In this document: positions 1 to 12,920 of the stretch, piece after piece
Layout of the letters: each line of letters opens with the position of its first letter
Position numbering within the stretch: the first letter of the stretch is position 1
Assembly: GCA_973895155.1 (NCBI GenBank)
Contig: OZ316891.1
Location: 24,117,899-24,181,898 of the forward strand
Reading direction: 5' to 3'
Length of the DNA: 64,000 bases
Source: Marsupella aquatica
Lineage: Eukaryota; Plantae; Marchantiophyta
The notes under the pieces: generated by a model
What the model saw: only the letters and a program-made list of their open reading frames with translations
The model's database searches: none
Told to the model about the DNA's origin: nothing
Translations under genes and position numbers: made by a program

Positions 1-28
1 ATTATAATACATGTTTAAATGATGATAT

Positions 29-219
29 TGTTGTAATGTATGGATAATCCTTAAAGGAGACCTTAAAGAATATGATTAGAGAATCCAAAGGGTATGCTTA
101 GGAATAACTACCCTAACCATATTGTATAGAAGAGACTCCTCCATTTTGAGTCATCTTCTACTTATTCGATTGATCAAAGAAGGATGATCATAATTTCATA
201 GTATTTTTGAGTTATAACA
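29..219 (+). repeat. 5' LTR of Copia element (191 bp)
   Basis: Direct repeat of 5688-5878 with two substitutions seen; termini TGTTGT...ATAACA. Confidence 0.97.
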
Positions 220-232
220 CGTTATCAGCACC
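220..232 (+). promoter_or_regulatory. Primer binding site CGTTATCAGCAC (half-molecule tRNA-Met type)
   Basis: Immediately follows the 5' LTR; it is not the canonical TGGTATCAGAGC and resembles the PBS of Bianca-type Copia elements. Confidence 0.7.
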
Positions 233-479
233 TTCGCCTCCATTCCTGAGCAAATGCAAACTCCCTTCTCGATTGTGGGAGTATAATTTTTTCATGGGGA
301 TTTTGATTTCAACACGATCCTAATATCAGAGAGACACGGAGACAGTAGTTGACATTTTTTTTGCCAAATTCTTGACTAAAACGCGCAAGGATCAACGACA
401 ATGCCGCAATACAGCCACAAAGCTCGAAGAAAGATACAGAGCATACAGTACTTCCAAGTATTCCACACAATTTACTGCC

Positions 480-3400
480 ATGGAAAAATTACAATTCCCT
501 GTCCTCAAAATCGACGGGTCTAACTACCTCTCTTGGTCACAGAATGCCGAAATTGTGCTAAATGCTAAGGGAATTGGAGACACAATTCTCGCTGATCACC
601 ATGGCAATCTACAGACAAAAGCTCAAGCAATATTTATCCTCCGGCACCATTTGGACTCCGATCTACAAACTCAGTACCTGGACGAATATAACCCTCGAGC
701 TCTATGGGACGCATTAAACAGACGCTATGACCATTTAAGATTGATCTCTCTCCTATCTGCACGCAATGATTGGATACATTTACGTGTACTTGACCATCCG
801 ACTATTGCTAGTTATAATAGTGCGTTATTCCGCATCACCTCTCAATTGAAGGTATGCGGACACCCAATATCTGAATCCGATCAAATAGAGAAAACGTTGT
901 CTACTTTCCCTGCAGCAAGCATGACACTATCTCAGCAATATAGACAAATGCACTTCACCGAGTACGCTGATCTAATCGCAGTCATGCTACTGGCGGAAAA
1001 GAATGATTTATTACTCATCAGCAACACAAAGTTGAGACCACCAGGCACAATCCCTAGAGCAGAGTCTCAATACATGGCTACGCCTTCGCAGGCGCAACAC
1101 AAATACAAGGGCAAGAGCCGGTTTACTGGAAACCAGGGTAATCGACTACAAAGATTCAGAAACACCCAATTTACAAAACGACGCCAAAATAATTATACGA
1201 GGCCTTCATACCAACCTCGTAAGAATTCGTGGACTCGAGCCTCCCGGACTTCCACTACTAAATGTTTTCGATGTGGAGGCACAGGCCACATTGAAAGAGA
1301 CTGTCGGGTACAAAACCATCTGGTCAAATTATACCAAGCAAGCCTAGCAACAGCAAATACCACGATGGTCAATAACTACTTGGAAATTGATGAAGATCTT
1401 TCCAAATATACGAATATCACACCATTAATAGAGGCCAACCTGGTCATAGATACACACTCTGAACCTTCTCTCACAGACTATAATATGTGCATACTGGATA
1501 GCGGCACATCTCATACCATATTGAAGGACAAACGATATTTCCAACAGATATTTCCCTCCAGCCGCCCAATCACCACTATCACAGGCATCAATGCATTAGA
1601 AGAAGGCCACGGCCCTGCAAAGTTACTCCTCCCTAACAACACTATAATCGAAATAAAATCTGCTATTTATGCCCCAGGGGCCACAAGAAACCTATTAAGT
1701 TTTCATGTTATCAGGAAAAATGGCTACCATATTCGATCTGCACCAGGCAATGAAGATAACTCCTTACATATCTTCATAGAAGACGGAAATAACTCCCGCA
1801 TCCATGAGATTCTACCTTATCACCCACCTGGACTATATGCTGCACCAATACAGAGTTTCCAAACAAATATTCTAAACACAACAATCACAGAGTTGTGGCA
1901 TTGTCGCCTGGGCCACCCAGGCACCTCAATGTATCAACGCATCCTACAGGATACCAGAGGTATTCCTCCAACAGTCCGCCCAAATTCCATGAAATCGCCC
2001 TGCCTCGCATGTGCACAAGGCAAACTACAAATCAGACCGTCAGTACCCAAGACTGTGAATCAAATCCCGGCTTTTCTGGAACAACTAAATGTGGACATAT
2101 GTGGACCTATCGAACCACCAAGTGGTCCCTTCCGCTTTTTCCTAGTCATGATTTGTTCCTCAACCAAATGGTCCCAAGTATCCTTGATATCTACCCGCAA
2201 TCTGGTGATTGCCCGCCTTCTTACACAAATATTTAGACTACGGACACAATTCCCTAATTCGCCTATCAAAAGGATTCGAATTGATAATGCAGGCGAATTC
2301 ACATCACCCATTTTTAATGACCTATGCACTACACTTGGAATAACAGTACAATATTCAGTGGCTTATGTTCACTTCCAAAACGGAACGGCAGAGTCCTTCA
2401 TAAAAAATATCCAGATGATATCACGCCCATTATTAATGAATACCCAACTTCTGCTAACTGCCTGGGGACATGCTGTCCTACACAGTGCTGCTCTATTAAA
2501 ATACAGGCCATCCGCCTTCAACAAATATACACCACATCATTTGGCTTACGGTAACATTCCTGACGTATCACACCTCAAAATCTTTGGCTGCTTAGTCATG
2601 GTACCCATATTGGGACCCAAGAGGACCAAGATGGGACCTCAAAGACACAGAGGTATATACATTGGTTTTGACTCTCCTTCTATAATTAGATATCTAGAAC
2701 CAACAACTGCAGACACCTTTAGAGCTCGCTACAATGATTGTCAATTCCGAGAAGATATATTTCCTACCCTTAGCACAGTGAACCTCCCAGTTACGCCTAA
2801 GCCAACTCAACTACAATGGCAAACACAAAATCCCTTCTGGAATGATCCAAGAACACCATTAGCAAACGATGAGGTCAAAAGGATACTACACCTTCACCAA
2901 ATTATGGAAAAACTGCCAGATGCGTTCAATGACGCTGCACAGATGACGAAATCACATATTGAAGCAGCCAACGTCCCTGCACGTATAACCATTGATGAAC
3001 AATTAGCTAATCATGTACCACCCAAAACAAAGAGAGGACGTCCTCCTGGTTCTAAGAACAAACCAGCAAGCAATAAACGTCCTCCTACCACACTACTTAC
3101 CATGACATCAAACATACCACAGCAGAATGAATATGAAGAAATCTCCCTCAACTATGCAGTCACCGGAAATATATGGAATCGACAGGATACAAAAACGAAT
3201 GACTGTTTTGCACTGATGATATCACAGACCATCTCTTCAGAGTTAGCCGATCCTCGCACAGTTCATGAAGCTCAACAACGCGAGGACTGGCCCTTATGGA
3301 ATAAAGCAATAAATTCAGAGCTCGATTCCTTGATTTCTCGCCAAGTATTTGGTCAAATTAGTCACCCAACATCTGCTCAACAACTAACAGGATATAGAAT

Positions 3401-5408
3401 TATCCTGGTCACAAAAAGGAATGCTCAAGGAGAAATCATCCGACATAAGGCACGTTTAGTTGCCAAGGGATATACACAGATATGGGGACAGGACTATGAT
3501 CTAACATATTCTCCAGTCATGGACACCATTACCTATCGTTACTTAATTGCTTTCTCTTTGGTTCACAGACTAACTTTACATCTCTTGGATGTCGTGACAG
3601 CATATCTTTATGGCACCTTAGACACAGATATATACATGCAGACTCCACCTGAACTCATTCAGAGAGTTCATTTCCATATTCAGGGGGAGAGAACTTTGCC
3701 ACTATCTCCCGATCTAAAAGCGGGCATTACACAGATAGTGCCCACAGCTCTGCAATTAACATTGATGAATCAAGCATTAGAACTTGAATCAGATCGAACT
3801 GGCCATATAAGCACAACAACCCAAGCTGTTTCTATGAAACAAACAGAGCTACATGCTATATCAGTGCACAGACAGATCAGCAGAAAGAAACCTCAAAGTA
3901 AACTTGCTGTACAAGTCCTCCGCTCGATATACGGCCTTAAACAGAGCGGACGGATATGGTACCAACGCTTTAAAGCGGAAATGCTAGCACTTGGGTTTGT
4001 TAACAATGAAATCTCGGGGGGGTCACTATATGGAGGGTCATACATCGCGTGCGACGTTTTAGGGTTTGACCCCCCTAACTTTAAAGTGAAAAATATTTTT
4101 TTGCAAAGCCCTTTCTTTCTTAAAATTTTGTCATTTTTTATTAAAAAACCCCTAAAAACTTTATAGAAAGTATTTTTTGCAATTAAATAGGTCTATGTGT
4201 TCTTTAAAGTTGACCAATCAATAAAACATGCCCTATGTGTTCTTCCACCAAACTTTGGAAGTCTTCCGCCACACCCATTTAAATGGGCCTATACTTCGTC
4301 GCACGTGATGTGTCACTTCCGTGGAAGTGACCCCCCCGAGAATGAAATAGCTCCTTGCTTATTTATTAAGCATATCGAACAAGAATTTGTCATCCTGGCG
4401 ATTTACGTTGATGACATCAGTATATTCGGAACTCCAAAGATTACTTCGAATACGATCTCATCTCTCAAGAATATATTTCAGATGAAAGATATCGGTGAAC
4501 CTTCTTACTGTCTGGGTATACAGATATAAATTTTACCTGGTGGGATCTTCATTCATCAATCTACATACGCTCGCAAAGTGTTAAAACAATTTAACATGGA
4601 TAAATCTTACCCAGTGACCACACCGATGGACCTTCGCTCTATTGATCCTACAAAAGACATCTTTCATAAGAAAATGGATTCAGAAGTAATGCTCGGACCA
4701 GAGAAAACATACCTCTCTGCAATTGGGGCCCTCATGTATCTTGCTAATCAGACGTGACCAGATATAGCTTTCGCAATCAGTATGCTCGCTCGACACAGCT
4801 CTCAGCCAACCATTCGCCATTGGAATGGCATAAAGCGAATTTTCAGGTATTTACAAGGCACAATCGATATGGGACTATACTACTCTAACACAAGCGCTAA
4901 TGAACTTGTTGGTTATGCTGATGCAGGCTACTTATCCGACCCTGATGATTCCAAATCTCAAACCGGATACGTGTTTCTGCAAGGAGGGACGGCAATCTCC
5001 TGGAAGAGCACTAAGCAGACACTTACCACAACTTCTTCAAATCACGCTGAAGTCATTGCCCTATACGAAGCTTGTCGCGAATGCATCTGGCTTCGCCAAT
5101 TACTTGACCACATTCATACATCAGCCGGATCCCCCCCACTAACAGCACCAACAACAATTTACGAAGACAACCGACCCTGCGTGAATCAAATCAGCATGGG
5201 ATTCATCAAGGGTGACCGCATTAAACACATCGCCCCGAAATTCTTTTACACCGCCGAGCAACATGGCGATCAAGTAAACGTCGTCTGGATCCCTTCGAAC
5301 GAAAACCATGCCGACATATTCACAAAGCCGCTACCCCGACACTTACATAACGCACATTGTGAAGGAATAGGTCTACGTCGACTTTCCACACTCAAAGATC
5401 CGCCCTAA
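480..5408 (+). pseudogene. Copia gag-pol polyprotein, interrupted by a MITE and two nonsense codons
   Basis: Zinc knuckle CFRCGGTGHIERDC; protease ILDSGTSHT; GAG-pre-integrase WHCRLGH; integrase D-D-E (VDICGP, RIDNAGEF, AESFIK); RT YGLKQSG and YVDD; RNase H ADIFTK. Removing 4013-4348 restores NNEI|APCLF. Stops at 4527 and about 4755. Confidence 0.95.
4013..4340. mobile_element. Non-autonomous DNA transposon (MITE), 328 bp
   Basis: Perfect 15-bp TIRs CTCGGGGGGGTCACT / AGTGACCCCCCCGAG; 8-bp TSD AATGAAAT at 4005-4012 and 4341-4348; inserted in the RT coding region. Confidence 0.96.
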
Positions 5409-5687
5409 ACATGAAGAAACCAACCAGTATTCCATTCGAGACATACACTTAGACATCCTATCGTATTAGGATTTCCATACATTAGGTCACAAATACACTT
5501 ACAATTAACCTGATAACTTTTGATCTATACATGTAAGTGGTAACACTCTTTTCCCGAGAAGAAAGCAGCGGGTTTTTAATGAGGTTACACCTGATGATCA
5601 AATGCTACAAAGAGGTTAATATAGGATTCCCCCAATATTACTCATTAAGATTGCAAACAATTATCAATTTTAGCAATCTAGGGGGAG

Positions 5688-5878
5688 TGTTGTAATATAT
5701 GGATAATCCTTAAAGGAGACCTTAAAGGATATGATTAGAGAATCCAAAGGGTATGCTTAGGAATAACTACCCTAACCATATTGTATAGAAGAGACTCCTC
5801 CATTTTGAGTCATCTTCTACTTATTCGATTGATCAAAGAAGGATGATCATAATTTCATAGTATTTTTGAGTTATAACA
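5688..5878 (+). repeat. 3' LTR of Copia element
   Basis: Preceded by PPT AGGGGGAG (5680-5687) and followed by TSD GATAT. Confidence 0.97.
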
Positions 5879-6097
5879 GATATGATCAACTTTTGAAGCT
5901 ACGTGAGCTTCCAGTTTATTAATATGAATTTCACCTTTTGTATGGTGATCGATGTCTTGGAAGATTGTACGAATACTATGAATAGTCCCGGCGCTAGTAT
6001 TGTATTATACTAAAAAAACTGCACTTTAACAACTCACACTTCTGCCCGTTAGAAAAGACAAACTACAATTCTAGCTGTTCAACGATAAAGCAACAGT

Positions 6098-7243
6098 CTA
6101 AATTCTCGTTCCCAACTGCCTATCAAGTATGTAACGGACTTCTCCCAACGTTAGAATTGGCTGGCTACATAATGTCAAATTGTGCACATCCAGTTTGAAC
6201 ACATTCTTGAACACCCAATACCATTTTGCAAGGCATGTAAGACTTCCGATAAGTATGCCGACGATAGAAATCCTCGCAAGAGCAACATGGGAAACAACAT
6301 ATCTGAACCCAATAAGAGGCGACTGATCTCTCATGTTCATGGGTCCGGATACAAAACTGTTTCCCCGACGCATTTCCACTCGTGATCTCTCTCTCTCCAA
6401 TGACGCTCATGACTTCTTTTTCAGAGGCTTCAATTCTCTTCAAATGGGTTTGGGTAAGATGTGCCACTCTTTGCAAGCATTTCTTCCTATTCCTTGAAGC
6501 GCACCTCACAAATGGGTCAGTTAGGTTGAGCCTCTATGGGAAAAGATTGACATCAATCCGTAACGCAGATGGCAATGGTGCTTCGATTTCATCCCCACGG
6601 CCTTCGGAGAGAATAAGTCCTTGTTCTTTCAAAAATTGAATCTCTGCTCCAGAAAGATTGGTCCCTCTAGCAATTGGGACATGTGAAGGAACATTGGGAA
6701 TGTTTGAGACTCCTCTCCTTGTTGTGCTTTGGTGACAGTGGTTGTTGGGGCAAAACCATATCTGATCGTTATAAGGTTGCCCCTTGAACATTCTGCATCC
6801 CCTCACGGAAATTGCAACAACACCATCTGGATTCGGAAGGCCTACCTTCTTTACTTGATTTTGACATTCATCACGACTCCCTCCCCGTCTAAGGGTTCCG
6901 TTACACACTAGACCCGCACCCCGTTTTGAGGTCTGACGCAACTACCAGGCACCGGGAGGTACTTCACTTTCCATTGGGGAAACTGAATGACAATATGCAG
7001 TCTCGACAGTTCTTGCAGGGGTCACTGGTGGGATAGAGGATCTCGTTGCTCGACGCGAAGGTGGGTCAATGACTACAACTTCCTCAGAAGCATCGCTTTC
7101 GGACAAATTATGGACCCCATTAATTCCACCGGTTGAAGGCGTAGAAGGCATTTTCTCGAAATCAGTGGAATGCAGGTTTCTCCTTTTCAAACCTTTTGTA
7201 TTTGGTGAAGTAACAAGGATGGTATCATGCCTGTGCGAGTCTT
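6098..7243 (-). pseudogene. 3' part of Mutator-like (MULE) transposase with Cys-rich domain and C-terminal SWIM finger (copy 1)
   Basis: Fragments DSHRHDT..., LRQTSKRGAGLVCNG...DECQNQVKK...WFCPNNHC and YWVQICCFPCCSCEDFYRRH...PCK; collinear with 20057-21550 and 26082-27089; cut at 7244 by an LTR. Confidence 0.85.
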
Positions 7244-10200
7244 TGTCACGTCGTTAGCCTAGGCCTTAACCCGAGTTTTGGCTTAGACAGGCACATCCTT
7301 TGTCAAAATGAGGGTTCGGGCAGGGAGGGATGCACGGAATGCACCTAACTCACGTAAACTAGCGCTAAGTACGCCTATGGTCATATACGGACACCTCCTA
7401 GGTATGGTTTGTGTTCCGCCACTGGAACGTACCTTAATCAATAACAGGATCGACCCCAGCTTACGGGCTTCTAAGCCTTCGTGTTGTCCGCCTTTGATCC
7501 AGATTCGATGATAAGGGTACTCAACCCGGGCTCGCAACCAGTACCCGCAAGCTGCACCCCGTGCCCGACTTGGGTAGTGCGTTTGGCCAAGCGTTGGCAC
7601 CTATACACGAGATTCACACATACATACACGCGCAAGCATACAATCTCGATTTACACGAAGGAAATAATGGGGAAGGATTTTACTCCATAGGAGACATATG
7701 CATACACTTAGTTGACCCAAAAGCTCGGGAATGAACAGGTCCAAGGCCGAGGGTGTACACTACAATAGAGCCTGTCTCCACGCTCGCCCAGCGAGCTTAG
7801 TCCCACACCCTCCCCTCGGTACTCTTTCACTTCCAGAGGTCGGGACTCCCCGCACATACTGCGGATGTCCAACACTGAGACTAAACCCCCCCCCCCTTGC
7901 CTCTACCGAGGGGTGCACTAAATACTAAGGGCCGAGGAGCGGAGTGCCCTCGCGCCCAAAGATTCGCTAACTAAGGTCCTAACTAAGCTGGCTGTTAGGC
8001 CAAAAAACGGCTTGTTTTATTAGAAGATCTTAATCTATGCAGGTTGTGCAGCATGGCAATGCTGTGCTAACTAGGGCAGGTGCTTTCCCTATAGCCTAAT
8101 TGAGCTATTCCTATCTCTACTCTAATCCTACTCTGCCGCTAATGCCTGGCACGCTTGCCAGAGCCGCCTGAGTGGGAATGGCTATCCCGGTGCCTTCTGA
8201 GCCTGTCGGCATCCTGTTTGAGTAGCTGGACCTGGTCCAACAAAGATTTGTTTTCCCGCTTTGCCGCGTTTGCCTCTTCCGCGGCCTCCTGGCATGCCTC
8301 CTCCAGTTGCTGGGTGTCGCTCGTCAGTTTGTCCACCAACTGGGCCTGTGTCGTGGCTTCTCCTTGAAGCTGTGCCACCTCTGCCTTCAGGGCATCAATC
8401 TCGGCTGTGTCCCGCTGAGACCTGGAGTCAGCTTCCTCCAGATCCCTCTACCAACTGACGGCTTGCCCCTGCAAACCGTCAATCTTGGTTCGGAGCCGCG
8501 CAATCTTGGCGTCCTTTTCGAGCCCGGCCTGTACTGCCAACGCTGCTTGGGCTCTAGCCTCGGCGACCTGGTCTTCCGTGGCCGTTACCTGAGGCCGTAG
8601 TTGCTGGAGTTCAGCCTCCAGGGTTGCCACTTCGTCCTTCAGATAGGCAGACTCAACCCAATATTGCTCTATTCTCTACGCGGTCTCTGCCTGCGCATGT
8701 CCTGCCCTTACTGCTGCAACCACCTCCTGGTTGAAGAAGTAGGCCACCCTCCGGGCCATGTATTCCCCGGTGTCCCAAGAGATGTGTTGCAAGAAATCTC
8801 CCAACAACCCGTTCAGAAATGTGCCTGGCGCAAAGAGTTCTGGATGGTCTAGACTATGTCCTTCGGGATTCGGGCACGGGCAGACTCCAACCCGTGCGGG
8901 AGTGGAAGTGGACACATCCAGCCCTTGAGGTAAGTCGGTCAAAGGGGCTAGTTCCACTGGAGGTGGGTGGTTCTCCTGCACAACGGCGGGGGGTGGAGGA
9001 ATCTCCCCGGCTACCATGGCATCTGCTTTGGGTACGGCTTCATCCGGCCCGGCTTCGATGGCATTGTCCCGATTGATCATGTCTAAGGTCGCGATAACGT
9101 CAACGGGTATGCCTGGCAGGGCGGTAGCGGCGGGTTGCGGGGCCGGGGTAGCAAGACTTGCAACTGCCAGACTTTGGGCCTCGGGCTGCGGTTGCCTTAC
9201 CTGGGCTGGGAACACCCATTTTGGCGGGGTCAGCTCGGGCTCATTGAGATGTGGGAGGCTCCGGCGGTCAAAATGAGCGTACCACTCGAGGTGATTTTGA
9301 CGTGGCTAGCAAAGTACGCCCTCCCACCAAGGTACAAAGTCTTCCTTCTTTGCTCCATCTCCTCATGGAACTTCTTGACATAGAAGGATGCCCACTTCCT
9401 GGGCCAATAGTTCTCCACCTGAATGACATGAGCGGCCGATATTTCTCCTCTAGGTTCCACCATGTGGAGGGCATACCGCTTGAACTCTAGGCGTTCTGCT
9501 ACCCCCGGGATGAGCCCATGACTCTACCCGGTTTATGCCCTCGAGTAAGCCAAAAATCATCTTCAGACGTGCCTCATCGAGACACATCACTCTCCCGTGC
9601 GCTTGGGATTGTTGACGGGCCTTGTCAAAGTTCTGAATGAACTCCGTCATATCCTGCCCGTAATACCTACTCCCGTTCCAAGGGAGAGAGGCGAGGTGCT
9701 CAAACCCCTAAGTCTTCAGATAGCATGCATGCTTGGGGTGGAGAATGTTCTTGTGAACGTTGTCCCCCATGCAATGCATGGTCAGCTTGGCTACCGCAAC
9801 CGTGGCCAAAGGCAACCCGGATACGGCTGCGGGCTCCTTCCTCTTCCTACTCCAAGACTGATTCCCGGGGTGACTAGAAGAAGGGGACATCTCTCCATCC
9901 TCTCGATCAGGTGGTGGTAGCGCGACTGCTGTGAGTATTGGTGCTAGGGCCGCTAGTGTTACCGTGTTGTCCCCTCGGGCTTGCTGGGGTGGTGTGGGGT
10001 TGTTCATACCCCACGGTCGTCGATTCAGAGGAGGGTGAGCCTCCTCGTCTTCGGAGCTGATATGTACCGCATTCACCACGGATTGTACTCGGAGAGGTGG
10101 TGGAACCGGTGGCGGGGACCGGCTTGGCTGAGGCCGAGGAGGTGTAGGTGCGGGTACGGGCACGGGTTGGCCGGCACTGGTTGTTGATGGTAGAGTTGCC

Positions 10201-11118
10201 ATGAAGTTCTACAAGTGCCGGTGGAGGTTTTCCGACGCAAGTGAAGATGGTCCTATCGACCGGGTAGTGTTGAACTCGCCGTTGATGATAGCCCGGACCC
10301 AAGCGGGGATGTGGTCAAAGTGGTGCCGCTGTAAGTCGATCGTGCCCAGAATATTGAAGACCTTGTCCGGAAGCCGAAGCAGTGCCTCCCAGAAGCCGAT
10401 GTATTTGCCTCCGTCGAAGAAGTACCCTGATACCTCTTCGGGTCGGTAAAGCTCGCTTTGGGACGGGTACTCAAAGTTAAGGAGATAGTGGTGGCGGCCT
10501 GCTAGGCGGATGGCTCTCTTGTATTCGCGTTTGATCTCATATTGGCGCGGATTGGCGTGTTTCAATGAGTCGGCCAAGTGCCCTCCAATAGACAGGAACT
10601 GAGTCCAAAATTGTATGGTCAAACTGGAAAGGATCGTGTGCAACATTCAGAGATAGCAGGTGACTAAGGAAAAGCGAGAGAGCTGGGATCAAAGCTGGCG
10701 CGTGGACTGGAGAGCTTGGTGCATTGCAAAGGATTGGCCCCCTTTTTATACCCTGAGAGCTCGTTGATTGCCCAATGCCTCCTCGTCGCTTATAGGTCAA
10801 GCCTTTCACGCTCACAGTGTACCGGCCCCTTCTCCAGTTTGGGTCAGCTCGTGTCAGTGGCCGCCTCCCGAAGTTCGTTATACGGACCCAAGGGAGGGAG
10901 GAAAAGGGCCCATTATACGCTCGCAACCCATGCGTGCAAATGGAAACCCGCCGCCAGCCCGACCATGGATTCCCCTTATTGACTAATGATTTCCTATTCA
11001 TAATGGCTACCTAAGTACTGTCGTTATACTAATAATAACGGCCTAAGATACCCCTAACGCGCGTGCTAAGCATGGTTAGACCAAATTACTCATTACCCGC
11101 CGTACCGGCAGCGTCACA
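7244..11118 (-). mobile_element. 3.9-kb 3' LTR of an Athila/Tat-like Gypsy element (family A), containing a degenerate coding region
   Basis: On the minus strand it follows the integrase end and PPT (AAGCAGGGAGCTA|TGTGACGC) and ends CGTGACA at 7244. Its last 640 bp match 61839-62480, which is followed by a PBS and gag. Confidence 0.88.
8139..10646 (-). pseudogene. LTR-encoded accessory protein: Pro-rich linker, Transposase_32/PMD-like domain and coiled coil; broken by stops and frameshifts
   Basis: Successive minus-strand ORFs 10646-10209, 10202-9708, 9650-9450, 9463-9230, 9215-8676, 8630-8448 and 8378-8139. Segment GFEHLASLPW...MTEFIQNFD...HGRVMCLDEARLKMIFGL resembles the 1216-aa ORF. TATA-like TATAAAAAGG upstream at 10741-10750. 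Confidence 0.7.
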
Positions 11119-11958
11119 TAGCTCCCTGCTTAATTGTGAAGCGTCCTCGCAAACATCACTCTTGGCATTGTTGTCTTGATGGTGGTACTTCTTCACACAA
11201 TCGTAACTGACTCGCGTGGGTAGTAAATCGTTGGCATACGTTGTGAGTTCCAAAGATCCGTTAGGGTAGATCTGATTGACTAGGAAAGGCCCTAACCAAC
11301 GGGTATGAAGCTTCCCCGGAAACTGCATGTACCTACTATCGTACAACAAAACTAGATCGCCTGTCACGACGTTGACCTTCCGTAGTCCTTTGTCATGCTA
11401 CTTCTTGGAAGCTACCTGCTGCTTGACGATGTGTCGAGCTGCCAGTAGCCGTGCTTCTTCTAATGCTTCAATCTGATAAGCTTTGTCCGACAAACTTTCA
11501 GCTCTAGGTAAGCGATCCCGAAAGCTTACCCGGGGAGTGTGGACTTCAAACTCAACGGGCACCAACAAATGTTGGCCGAACACGAGAAAGTACGGGCTGT
11601 GACTCGTAGTAGTCTTGTAAGCCAGATTATATGAATACACCATTGTGTACAACTTGTCATCCCAATCCATTTTGTGCACGGCTATTGTCTTGTTGAGGAT
11701 CTTCCCGATGATACCATTGGCTCTTTCTGTCAGCCCGTTGGCTTTAGGATGATACGGGGTAGTCTTGCGGTGCTTGACTAGGTAACGCTCCGTAAGCTAG
11801 GCTACGTACGGTATCATTGAGGAAGTGTGTTCCACGGTCGCTTACTAACTCCAAGGGCGGCCCGAATCGGGTGAAGATCTGCTCGTATAAGAACCTGGCG
11901 GTGGTTGTAGCGTCGTCCTTTACCGTAGCCCATGCTTTGACCCACTTGGTGGAGTAAT
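11086..11958 (-). pseudogene. Gypsy integrase C-terminal remnant (family A)
   Basis: DYSTKWVKAW...RFGPPLELVSDRGTHFLN, WDDKLY, and GPF motif KLHTRWLGPF; highly similar to the integrase in 35093-41161. Confidence 0.92.
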
Positions 11959-12320
11959 CTAACATGGGGAACCCGCACCACAACGTGCTTCTTGCATGAT
12001 GCAACGTTTCTTGTGGTGTTGTACCGATATGGCAAATGATTGACAATGATCCTAAACGTGCGCAGAGGTCGTTCTAATGATCAAGGAAGACACTATCGCA
12101 AAAAGATCTTATCTAATATACCCTGTGGCAGACCGACATGTATCACAAGTACACATCAAAAAGCACGAGCATCCAAAAGCAGACCTACTAAAGGTTGACA
12201 CTTGTCACATTTTAACTAGTTTATATTTATCCAGGAATTTGTTCTAAATTGTAACGATAAATGGTCAAAGTTACCGTTTAAAAAGACCGTTTATGTCAGT
12301 ATTCTACTTCGATATAATAT

Positions 12321-12920
12321 TAGCGCCTGGCGCTATTATTATGCTAGACTAAAATATATCTTAAAATGAAGGATTTTAATAATAGCGCCTGGCGCTAGTA
12401 ACATTGTACTAAAAATTCATGCGAATGATTGGACTGAAGCGAGAAAGATTTTGTAATAAATGGCTTCTATTTCTATAATGTTTTTGAAAGTGCCAGGCGC
12501 TATTTTTCTTTTAGTCTCAAATAGGGCTCAAATGTGTAGATTTCAATAATAGCGCCCGACGCTAGTAACGAGACACCTCAAAATGGTAGATGTTTGGACA
12601 CAAAATGTGTAAGTTTCTATAAATAATGTACGAGTACATCTTGACATTTTTATGAATTTTATGATAGCGCTTGGCGCTAATATTATGATATCTTCTACTC
12701 GATCTCAAATGGATCGATTTTAATATTAGCAGAGGGTAATATTGTCGTCTAACATAAATAAGGGGCTATTCCCAAGGAAACCCGATATATTTCCAAGGAA
12801 ACCCGAAACCTGTCGTAGGATGTTAACCTGTGTCAGTAACCAAAATGGCCGATGATCTTTGCTTTTGTTGTTCATTTTTTGGGCTCTTTTAGATGTAGAA
12901 AACGCTAGCGCCTGGCGCTA
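12321..12920. repeat. Cluster of palindromic motifs TAGCGCCTGGCGCTA
   Basis: Copies at 12321, 12383, about 12489, 12550, 12665 and 12906; further copies at 19846, 21626 and 21797. Confidence 0.85.

Larger units (their letters stand above)
29..5878 (+). mobile_element. Full-length Ty1/Copia LTR retrotransposon (Bianca/Bryco-like PBS), inactivated
   Basis: TG...CA LTRs at 29-219 and 5688-5878; 5-bp TSD GATAT at 24-28 and 5879-5883; domain order gag-PR-INT-RT-RH; PPT AGGGGGAG before the 3' LTR. Confidence 0.97.

Noticed and set aside
12321-12920. Spaced palindromic repeats as a CRISPR array
   Set aside because: Repeats are only 15 bp with irregular spacing of 60-240 bp; eukaryotic context; no cas genes.
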